The notes beneath the pieces were generated by a model that was given only the letters and a program-made list of their open reading frames with translations, had not been told where the DNA came from and searched no databases. From an uncultured virus (IMG/VR IMGVR_UViG_3300025138_000028) (lineage: Duplodnaviria > Heunggongvirae > Uroviricota > Caudoviricetes), in the IMG/VR virus record IMGVR_UViG_3300025138_000028: a DNA stretch of 20,000 nt; one strand, 5' to 3'. Made by a program: the position numbers and the translations under genes. This document shows positions 8,500 through 15,613 of this stretch, piece after piece (position 1 is the first letter of the stretch; each line of letters starts with the position of its first letter).

Positions 8500-9473
8500 T
8501 GTCATATCCAACAAACCCGACAGCAGGTGATACACATATTTTAAGTGGAAAAACTTGGAAATATGATGGTACGAACTGGTCAAAATTAGGACTTTCGCGA
8601 ACCTTATCGGCGCCTGTAGCATTTTCTGATTTAACAAGTAAGCCTTCTACATTAGCTGGCTATGGAATTACAGATGGGGCAACATCAAGCGGAGGATTTG
8701 AAGCAATTGTATTTCCCTCAGATTGGTCAAGCCCTACTGCAACATATACCTCATCAGGAACATATTCTAAAGGATCGCTTGCCGACGATGACTATGTTTG
8801 GGTGTACCTTGTTGGCGGTGGCGGTGGTGGTTCTAAATCAGCAGGCGACAACATTTTTCCCGGTGGAGTTGGCGGCAGAGCAATGTTAATTTATGCCCAA
8901 GCTGGCGTTTTAGATGGTGCATCATATGTTGTCGGTGCTGGTGCGGCAGGCAAAACAAGTTCTACTGGCGCTGGTTATGACGTTGGCTCAAACCCGACCG
9001 TTTCCAGCTTCACGCTAACAAGCGGAAACGGCGGAAATGTGTTTGCAACCTCGACATCTCTTTACCCCTCGACGGCCACCGCAGACCTTTCAGCTTTTAT
9101 GAAAACTGTGTTAAAAACATCCTCGGATGTTCTTGCCACTGATGTCAGTATAACAGGAACAGAAATTACAAGCGTTACATTTTTAGGCACATTTCCATCT
9201 GGATATGGAAGTTTTTATGCGGGTGGTAACATATCCAACGACAATTCTGGCACCGTGGTATTTGGTGGGGGGTCCGGGGCTGGTAAACGCTTCTCCTCGG
9301 CCATAGCCAGCACTAACAATGAGGCAAGGTCTGATTCAACCTTTGCGGGTAATGGCGCAGCAGCCACTTCAGGGGCGGCAGGCGTTGCTCCGGGCGGCGG
9401 TGGCACAGTCGGGGGAGATGGCGACAATGGTGGTGACGGTGCTGCTGGTTCAGTGAGAATTTACAACGTATAA
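8499..9473 (+). CDS. Short fibre F4 with glycine-rich (adhesin-like) C-terminal domain
   Basis: Same N-term module and KPSTLAGYGITD junction but no collar. Gly-rich domain VWVYLVGGGGGG...VVGAGAAG...APGGGG...GGDGAAGSVRIY. TAATG stop/start overlap with F3. Confidence 0.8.
   Translation: MSYPTNPTAGDTHILSGKTWKYDGTNWSKLGLSRTLSAPVAFSDLTSKPSTLAGYGITDGATSSGGFEAIVFPSDWSSPTATYTSSGTYSKGSLADDDYVWVYLVGGGGGGSKSAGDNIFPGGVGGRAMLIYAQAGVLDGASYVVGAGAAGKTSSTGAGYDVGSNPTVSSFTLTSGNGGNVFATSTSLYPSTATADLSAFMKTVLKTSSDVLATDVSITGTEITSVTFLGTFPSGYGSFYAGGNISNDNSGTVVFGGGSGAGKRFSSAIASTNNEARSDSTFAGNGAAATSGAAGVAPGGGGTVGGDGDNGGDGAAGSVRIYNV
8628..8687 (+). repeat. 60-bp perfect direct repeat, copy 2
   Basis: Identical to 5017-5076. 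The sequences diverge immediately 3' of it. Confidence 0.95.
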
Positions 9474-9484
9474 AGGAGGTTGTT

Positions 9485-9769
9485 ATGACTAAAATATTTT
9501 ACAATAAAACAACAGGTGACCCAGCGGTATTTGATGACAATGCCAATGTATCTGATTGGCCTAACTTCCAGACATCTCAGCCTGATATGACACCAATTAG
9601 CGCAACGAAAGTACGCGCCGAGCGTGACGAACTACTAGCTGCATCTGATCATATGGCCTTGGCTGATAGGATTACTGATGGCTGGCGCACTTATCGACAA
9701 GCCTTGAGAGATTTGCCAGCGCAAGAAGGTTTTCCTACAAATGTAACTTGGCCCACTAAGCCCGAATAG
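9485..9769 (+). CDS. Tail fibre assembly chaperone (C4)
   Basis: VRAERD.LLAASD..AL.DR....W..YRQALRDLP.Q.GFP..V.WPTKPE. RBS AAGGAGG. Confidence 0.85.
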   Translation: MTKIFYNKTTGDPAVFDDNANVSDWPNFQTSQPDMTPISATKVRAERDELLAASDHMALADRITDGWRTYRQALRDLPAQEGFPTNVTWPTKPE

Positions 9770-9773
9770 TTTA

Positions 9774-10481
9774 ATGAATTTAATTAAACACGAAAAAGGT
9801 AATAAAAATGGTTGTCCTAGATGGGTATATGAAAATAATAATCATATTATAAAAACTATACCTTTTAAACCAGCGTACAATTTAAATGTAGGAAATCAGA
9901 TAAAATTAATAAATGAAGTGAGTGATACTGAGTTGATATTGTCTGATTATAAAATTGAAGATAATAAATTTTTAACTTATAAAATGAATAAGATTCCTTA
10001 TCAATTTGATTTAGAAGAAAATATAGTAAATGAAGCTAGTTTTGATGGCGATACATTTTTTTTCAAAAATAAAAAATTTAAATCTATATACACAGATATA
10101 GATTTGTATCTTGAAAATATTCTTGTAAAATATGTAAAAGTGAATTTAAAACTTTTTCCATACTATAATATTGACGGTGGATATGGGAACATACTTCAAT
10201 ACGATATTGGTAAATGGATTATCATTGATTGGGACGATTGTATTCTAGGTAATAAATGCAACTCTCAAGATATAGGAAAATACTTGATGATAGAAACTGT
10301 AGAATCGATTATTGATTTAATTGAATGTGCAGATATAAAAGATATAAAAAATTATTATCAAAAAGCAATTAAGTTTTACAAAAAAATGACATTAAATACT
10401 GTTTTAGAAAATTGCGAATTTAATTTAGAAGAATTAGCAATCAAAAGTTATATAAATATATCTGATAATAAGGAGAATTGA
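9774..10481 (+). CDS. Putative protein-kinase-like (APH/choline-kinase-type) phosphotransferase
   Basis: Candidate catalytic loop NIDGGYGNIL (DxxxxN), metal-binding IIDWDD and an N-lobe IIK lysine. Very AT-rich. Confidence 0.5.
   Translation: MNLIKHEKGNKNGCPRWVYENNNHIIKTIPFKPAYNLNVGNQIKLINEVSDTELILSDYKIEDNKFLTYKMNKIPYQFDLEENIVNEASFDGDTFFFKNKKFKSIYTDIDLYLENILVKYVKVNLKLFPYYNIDGGYGNILQYDIGKWIIIDWDDCILGNKCNSQDIGKYLMIETVESIIDLIECADIKDIKNYYQKAIKFYKKMTLNTVLENCEFNLEELAIKSYINISDNKEN
10451..10458 (+). promoter_or_regulatory. T4-type late promoter TATAAATA for gp67
   Basis: Exact consensus 24 nt upstream of ATG 10483, followed by RBS AAGGAG. Confidence 0.8.
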
Positions 10482-10482
10482 A

Positions 10483-10737
10483 ATGGAAGATGAAAATATT
10501 GAAGTAGAAAATGAAACTTTTGACACGTCAGAAATTGAAGTGGAAGATGAAAATATAGAAAACGAAGAAAGTCAGTCTATGGAAGCAGATTTTGTAAATG
10601 CTGTGGCAGAAGATGACTTTAGAAACGCGGGAGATATGTTTTCTGCTATGCTAGGCAACAAAATGAGAGATGCATTGGAAGCCGAACGGATTAATATTGG
10701 TAGCAATATGTTTAATTCATCTGAAGCTGAAAATTAA
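10483..10737 (+). CDS. gp67: Prohead core protein gp67-like
   Basis: Small acidic protein. FVNAVAEDDF..A...F..ML..K..DALEAERI.I...MF resembles the T4 gp67 pattern, and its position before gp21 fits. Confidence 0.7.
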   Translation: MEDENIEVENETFDTSEIEVEDENIENEESQSMEADFVNAVAEDDFRNAGDMFSAMLGNKMRDALEAERINIGSNMFNSSEAEN

Positions 10738-10742
10738 ATTTG

Positions 10743-10750
10743 TATAAATA
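10743..10750 (+). promoter_or_regulatory. T4-type late promoter TATAAATA
   Basis: Exact consensus in the intergenic gap upstream of the 10784/gp21/gp22/gp23 genes. Confidence 0.85.
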
Positions 10751-10783
10751 ACATAGACTAAAGTTAAAAATAAGAGAAATTGA

Positions 10784-10981
10784 ATGAAAACTTTTAAAGA
10801 ACTAAAAGAATCTATACTTTCAGAAAAGACCATTAAAGTGGGAAAATCTAATGTGGAGATTACTAAAAAAGGCAATGAGTTTAAAGTCATGATTGATGGA
10901 GAACATCTTGATAATTATGAAACTGAAAAAGAAGCAATTGCTATGTCAAAAGAATTCATTAATCAATATAAAAAAGGATAA
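10784..10981 (+). CDS. Small head-module protein (gp68 position), possible internal head protein
   Basis: 65-aa ORF between gp67 and gp21 with N-terminus MKTFKELKE. Confidence 0.7.
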   Translation: MKTFKELKESILSEKTIKVGKSNVEITKKGNEFKVMIDGEHLDNYETEKEAIAMSKEFINQYKKG

Positions 10982-10984
10982 GAT

Positions 10985-11638
10985 ATGAAACTAATTGCAG
11001 AATATTGTGACCACGATCTATCATTGATCAAAGAGTCTAAAGCAAACGGTGAAAAGTCTTATCAGATCGAAGGCGTATTTGCACAAGCAGATAAGCCTAA
11101 TCGCAACAAAAGAAATTATCCAATGGCGGTTATGAAACCTGCCGTTGAAAAATACTTTAATGAACAAGTTAAAACTGGTCGTGCTGTAGGTGAGTTAAAT
11201 CATCCTGACGGTCCGACAGTAAACTTGGACAAGGTATCCCATCGTATTACAGACCTTAAGTTTGAGGGAAATAATGTGATGGGTAAAGCACTTATATTAG
11301 ATACTCCCATGGGTAAGATTGTAAAAGGTCTTTTAGATGGTGGCTGTCAACTAGGTGTTTCGACTCGTGGTATGGGAAGTCTTGAGAAAAATAATAATGG
11401 GATTATGGAAGTTAAAGGTGATTATCATCTTAACACTGTAGACATTGTTCAAGATCCAAGCGCACCTGATGCATTTGTAAATGGCATCATGGAAGGTGTA
11501 GATTGGGTTTGGAATAATGGATTGATATGCGCTCAAGATATTGAAAAAATAGAGACTGAAATAAACAAAACTCCATCAAGATCATTGGTAGAAGCCAAAG
11601 TCCGTGAGTTTAAGAATTTCCTCTCATTGTTGAAATAA
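10985..11638 (+). CDS. gp21: Prohead protease
   Basis: IEGVF.QA...NRNKR.YP, GELNHP, GVSTRGMGSL, DIVQDPSAPDAFV.GIME. Confidence 0.97.
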   Translation: MKLIAEYCDHDLSLIKESKANGEKSYQIEGVFAQADKPNRNKRNYPMAVMKPAVEKYFNEQVKTGRAVGELNHPDGPTVNLDKVSHRITDLKFEGNNVMGKALILDTPMGKIVKGLLDGGCQLGVSTRGMGSLEKNNNGIMEVKGDYHLNTVDIVQDPSAPDAFVNGIMEGVDWVWNNGLICAQDIEKIETEINKTPSRSLVEAKVREFKNFLSLLK

Positions 11639-11653
11639 GAAAAGGAGTCAAGT

Positions 11654-12757
11654 ATGACTGATAACAATCAAGAGTACGAGATCCATGATGAGGAAGAAAT
11701 TGTGGAATCTCACGAAGGCGACGAAGAACTTCAGGAAAGAAGTGAACCAAAAGGCGATAAAGCATCGGCTATGGAAACACCTCCAACTGAAGATGAATCA
11801 GTAGCATCTGTAAAAGCTGCCGCCGGTAAAACTAAAAAAGCGGCGATGCCAAAAGCATCGGCGTCAGGCGCAAAAGCCAAAATGAAAGAAGCCATTGACA
11901 AGATGGAAGTAACTCAACTTCAATCATTGTACGCAAGTGTGATGGAAGAAGAAATTGATATGGAAGAGGAAGCAATTGTTGAGGAAGATACCTCTGCAAA
12001 TGAAGATTTGGAAGTTTTGATTTCTGGAGATGAGTCTCTTAGCGAAGATTTTAAAGCAAAAGCAAGTGTAATTTTTGAAGCTGCTATCAACAATCGCGTT
12101 GAAAGTAAAGTTCGAGAATTAGATGAAGCATTTGATGCTAAAATCGATAGTCTTGAGGAAAAATTTGCCGAAGAGACTACGGAAGCAATCGTAGAAGCCA
12201 AAACAGATTTGGTTGATAAAATTGATTCCTATCTTAACTACGTTGTCGAAAATTGGATGGAAGAGAATCGCATTGCTGTTGAAGCAGGCATTCGGACTGA
12301 AATTGCTGAAGGGTTTATGAATAAGTTGCAAAGCTTGTTTGTTGAATCTTACATTGAAGTCCCAGAATCCAAAGTTGATCTAGTTGATCAATTAGCTGAG
12401 GAAGTTCAAGAGTTGGAAAACCGCTTGAACGCTGAAACTTCAACTAATATGGAAATGCATGAAAGCATGAATAACCTTAAGCGCATGATGATTATTTCTG
12501 AAGCATCTAAGGACCTTGCTGACACTCAAGCTTCCAAACTAGAAAAATTGGCCGAAGGTGTAGATTTTGAAAACGAAGAAAAATTTGCTTTCAAAGTTAT
12601 GACTATCAAAGAATCGTATTTTTCAGCAAAACAAACTGTGGACACACCAACCGCTATTGTTGAGGAAACACTTACCGAAGAAAATAATGAAGAAACTAAT
12701 CAAGTAGAAGTTTCTTCTAATATGGCACAATATATCGCTGCCTTAAAAGCTAACTAA
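11654..12757 (+). CDS. gp22: Prohead core scaffolding protein
   Basis: Acidic coiled-coil with LSEDFKAKA..IFEAA, KIDSYLNYVVE.WM.EN..A.E.G.R.EIAE.F and IKESYF. Confidence 0.95.
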   Translation: MTDNNQEYEIHDEEEIVESHEGDEELQERSEPKGDKASAMETPPTEDESVASVKAAAGKTKKAAMPKASASGAKAKMKEAIDKMEVTQLQSLYASVMEEEIDMEEEAIVEEDTSANEDLEVLISGDESLSEDFKAKASVIFEAAINNRVESKVRELDEAFDAKIDSLEEKFAEETTEAIVEAKTDLVDKIDSYLNYVVENWMEENRIAVEAGIRTEIAEGFMNKLQSLFVESYIEVPESKVDLVDQLAEEVQELENRLNAETSTNMEMHESMNNLKRMMIISEASKDLADTQASKLEKLAEGVDFENEEKFAFKVMTIKESYFSAKQTVDTPTAIVEETLTEENNEETNQVEVSSNMAQYIAALKAN

Positions 12758-12771
12758 GGAGTATAAAAGTT

Positions 12772-14121
12772 ATGCAATATAATCAACTAGTAGAAAAATG
12801 GGCTCCAGTTCTGAATGAAGAATCAGCTGGTGACATTCAAGACAAGCACCGGAAAGCAGTAACTGCCGTTGTACTTGAGAACCAAGAAAAGGCTCTTATG
12901 GAACAGCGTCAACAACAAGCTGGTTTTGGCTCACTTAACGAAGCCGCACCAACTAACTCAACAGGTGCAAACATACAAAACTGGGATCCAGTTCTGATTT
13001 CTCTTGTTCGTCGTTCTATGCCAAATATGATGGCATATGACGTTTGTGGTGTTCAGCCAATGACTGGTCCAACTGGACTGATCTTTGCAATGAAATCCAC
13101 ATATCGCACTACTCGCGGTGGCGGAACAGACAATGGCGAAGCACTATTCAACGAAGCTGGAACTGGTTTCTCTGGTACAGGTTCCCATAGCGGCGGCCCA
13201 TCTGGTCTTGCAGGTCTTGACGGTACAGCCGGTCACGTAAGTGGCGACTCCTCAATCGACTCCGAGCGCGGTACTGGCCCAGCACATGGTACTGGTATGT
13301 CTACTGCCGACGGTGAAGCATTGGGTACTAACGGTTCAACAGCTTTCGCTGAGATGGGTTTCACCATCGACAAAGCGCAAGTCGTTGCGAAAACACGCGC
13401 ATTGAAAGCGGAATATTCGCTTGAACTCGCACAGGATCTGAAAGCAATCCACGGTCTGGACGCAGAAGGCGAACTGGCTAACATTCTTTCAACTGAAATC
13501 CTTGCAGAAATCAATCGTGAAGTTATCCGTTCTATCAACAGTCAAGCTAAAACTGGTGCAAGCCAAGCTTCTACTGCTATGAATGGTGTATTCGATCTGT
13601 CTACAGATGCAGATGGTCGTTGGAGTGTTGAAAAGTTCAAAGGTCTTATGATCCAAATTGAACGTGAAGCAAACGTAATCGCAAAAGAAACTCGCCGTGG
13701 TCGTGGTAACTTTATCATCACTTCTAGCGATGTTGCATCTTGCTTGTCTGCAACTGGTATGCTTGACTATGCACCAGCACTTAAAGATAACCTGAATGTT
13801 GACGATACTGGTAACACATTTGCCGGTGTTCTTAATGGTCGCACAAAAGTATATGTTGATCCATATGCAACAGTCGATTATATCACAACAGGTTATAAAG
13901 GTACTAACGCATATGACGCTGGTATCTTCTATTGCCCATACGTACCTCTTACAATGGTTCGCGCCGTTGCTGAGGATAGCTTCCAGCCAAAAATTGGTTT
14001 CAAAACCCGTTACGGCATGGTATCTAACCCATTCGTTGGTGCAACTGCTTCTGATGGTCTTGCTGCAGCTAAGACTAATCAGTACTACAGAATTTTCCGT
14101 GTAGACAATATTCTCGCATAG
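12772..14121 (+). CDS. gp23: Major capsid protein
   Basis: KW.PVL, LENQE, DPVLISLVRR.MP, GVQPMTGPTGLIFAM, RALKAEYS.ELAQDLKAIHGLDAE.EL.NIL..EI..EINRE, FYCPYVPL, FQPKIGFKTRYG. Confidence 0.99.
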   Translation: MQYNQLVEKWAPVLNEESAGDIQDKHRKAVTAVVLENQEKALMEQRQQQAGFGSLNEAAPTNSTGANIQNWDPVLISLVRRSMPNMMAYDVCGVQPMTGPTGLIFAMKSTYRTTRGGGTDNGEALFNEAGTGFSGTGSHSGGPSGLAGLDGTAGHVSGDSSIDSERGTGPAHGTGMSTADGEALGTNGSTAFAEMGFTIDKAQVVAKTRALKAEYSLELAQDLKAIHGLDAEGELANILSTEILAEINREVIRSINSQAKTGASQASTAMNGVFDLSTDADGRWSVEKFKGLMIQIEREANVIAKETRRGRGNFIITSSDVASCLSATGMLDYAPALKDNLNVDDTGNTFAGVLNGRTKVYVDPYATVDYITTGYKGTNAYDAGIFYCPYVPLTMVRAVAEDSFQPKIGFKTRYGMVSNPFVGATASDGLAAAKTNQYYRIFRVDNILA

Positions 14122-14173
14122 ATTCTAAAAACAATAAAGGAGAGCATCAAAGAATGCTCTCCTAATAAAACTC

Positions 14174-14203
14174 AAAGGCAGTGTTTCGGCACTGTCTTTT
14201 TTT
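14174..14203 (+). terminator. Rho-independent terminator after gp23 (UUCG loop), probably bidirectional
   Basis: AAAGGCAGTGT-TTCG-GCACTGTCTTT followed by a T run, between convergent genes. Confidence 0.9.
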
Positions 14204-14411
14204 AATCTAAAATGCAATTCCATTGTTCATTCACATAGAACGCTTCTAATGTATTATCTTTACCGAATGGTGAGATAATTTTACATACTGGAGGATTAGT
14301 ATCATCACCACGTTCATTATGTCTCATACTCATAGAACCTTCTACAATTTGACAATCGTGATGTGATGGTTGAACCATCGATCCCACAAACCTAACTGTT
14401 ACGACTTGCAT
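14202..14411 (-). CDS. Hypothetical protein (early block)
   Basis: 69-aa ORF whose start overlaps the stop of the upstream minus-strand ORF, with GAGGA upstream. Confidence 0.65.
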   Translation of the reverse strand: MQVVTVRFVGSMVQPSHHDCQIVEGSMSMRHNERGDDTNPPVCKIISPFGKDNTLEAFYVNEQWNCILD

Positions 14412-14767
14412 TATACTGTTTCCTCTTCATTGCGATAAAACCAAGCTTCCAGGTCAAAATCTTTAGCTGCTGATACTGCAACTTCAAAAACTTCAAAAGG
14501 ATCTGTACCCTTAACTGTATCATTATTCCAAATAGTAGCTTGAACTCCGTCTCCTGGAAAAGCTGTGACACATCCTACATTGTGATAATGATAACCATCT
14601 TCAGTGTACTTGATGTCCCAAATTGGAGTGCCGTAAGACCATTCACCAGTACTAGCTTCTTTAACACGCTCAAACTGAAAGCGAGCCGAAACATTTGAAG
14701 GAGCGTTATTTACATAATTATTCCAAATACCGGTACCGGTTACATATGAAGGAAGTTTAGTTTTCAT
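14411..14767 (-). CDS. Hypothetical protein (early block)
   Basis: 118-aa ORF with its own promoter and a purine-rich leader. Confidence 0.75.
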   Translation of the reverse strand: MKTKLPSYVTGTGIWNNYVNNAPSNVSARFQFERVKEASTGEWSYGTPIWDIKYTEDGYHYHNVGCVTAFPGDGVQATIWNNDTVKGTDPFEVFEVAVSAAKDFDLEAWFYRNEEETV

Positions 14768-14811
14768 TTTTATGTCTCTTTCTTCTTTGTCTTGATTCTC
14801 TTTACTCTTTT

Positions 14812-14840
14812 TTTGTAGCGCATTTCTGCGCTACTGTCAA
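14812..14840 (-). promoter_or_regulatory. Sigma70-type early promoter with 8-bp palindrome
   Basis: Minus strand TTGACA-17 nt-TACAAA. The inverted repeat GTAGCGCA-GAAA-TGCGCTAC is at 14815-14834. Confidence 0.75.
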
Positions 14841-14846
14841 GAGTTT

Positions 14847-15218
14847 TTATCCGTGATCATATGCACAATGTACAGTTTTTTTGTTTTTCCAAGCAAATAT
14901 TAGATTATAATACCAACTTTCATTTTTGTTTCTTAGTATCTGCAGGGGAGAACTATCAAGACCCTCTTTGTTCCGCTCTGCAACATATTCTTCAACTGTG
15001 AAAGACTTCATCAATTCTTTCATGAATTTGGCTTTAGTGAAAGGACCGCCGTACTTGAACCGAGCGATAAAGAGGTCTTTTGGTTTACCAACACGCGATG
15101 GATGAACATTTACACCATTTTTTGAAACTGCTGGCCAAACGGGTCGACCCTCATAGTCGCCAGTGTAGTGCAAATAGCCACCGTGATATGTGAAGTCATT
15201 TTTATTGAACTTTGTCAT
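14847..15218 (-). CDS. Hypothetical protein (early block)
   Basis: 123-aa ORF (F.YHGGYL.Y...FIARFKYGGPFTKAKF.KEL) with its own promoter and leader. Confidence 0.8.
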   Translation of the reverse strand: MTKFNKNDFTYHGGYLHYTGDYEGRPVWPAVSKNGVNVHPSRVGKPKDLFIARFKYGGPFTKAKFMKELMKSFTVEEYVAERNKEGLDSSPLQILRNKNESWYYNLIFAWKNKKTVHCAYDHG

Positions 15219-15252
15219 TTCAGGCTCTCTTTCTGTTTCTCTTTACTCTTAC

Positions 15253-15281
15253 TTTGTATCTGATTCGTATAAGATTGTCAA
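15253..15281 (-). promoter_or_regulatory. Sigma70-type early promoter
   Basis: Minus strand TTGACA-17 nt-TACAAA, followed by the shared AAGAGTAAA leader. Confidence 0.75.
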
Positions 15282-15290
15282 GTCTTAATA

Positions 15291-15509
15291 TTAATTAAAA
15301 ACTACTTTGACTACGTTGCCCTCAGGATCAAACATTGTGCTGACTCTATTGACTTTGCAATTAGTAGCAGTTCTACACTTCCACCATTCTTCAGCTTCTT
15401 TTTGTGTATCAACAGTCAGTGTATTCCACTCAAGAGGACCTTCAGTGTGAGGTTTACCAGTTGTCTCATCGAACTGCCTTACAGTGAATTGACTTCTAAG
15501 TTTCCACAT
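15291..15509 (-). CDS. Hypothetical protein (early block)
   Basis: 72-aa ORF with its own promoter and leader. Confidence 0.7.
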   Translation of the reverse strand: MWKLRSQFTVRQFDETTGKPHTEGPLEWNTLTVDTQKEAEEWWKCRTATNCKVNRVSTMFDPEGNVVKVVFN

Positions 15510-15541
15510 AATATCTCTCTCTTTCGATTTTTTACTCTTAC

Positions 15542-15570
15542 CTTATATCGAATATAAGCTGTTATGTCAA
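15542..15570 (-). promoter_or_regulatory. Sigma70-type early promoter with 7-bp palindrome
   Basis: Minus strand TTGACA-17 nt-TATAAG. The inverted repeat CTTATAT-CGA-ATATAAG is at 15542-15558. Confidence 0.75.
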
Positions 15571-15571
15571 G

Positions 15572-15579
15572 TATAAATA
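15572..15579 (+). promoter_or_regulatory. T4-type late promoter TATAAATA for gp3-uvsY-uvsW
   Basis: Exact consensus, intergenic, 34 nt before the gp3 ATG. A near-copy TATAAATG is at 15584-15591. Confidence 0.85.
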
Positions 15580-15613
15580 GACGTATAAATGAAATTAAAT
15601 TAGGTAAGCTAAA

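Noticed and set aside
3919..9769. Invertase-driven shufflon (Mu Gin / P1 Cin type)
   Set aside because: All repeats and cassettes are in direct orientation on the + strand, and no site-specific recombinase gene is visible.
14122..15613. Absence of gp24 after gp23 as a novelty; tRNA or ncRNA in this interval
   Set aside because: Marine T4-like phages commonly lack an adjacent gp24, and I saw no cloverleaf or recognisable structured RNA.
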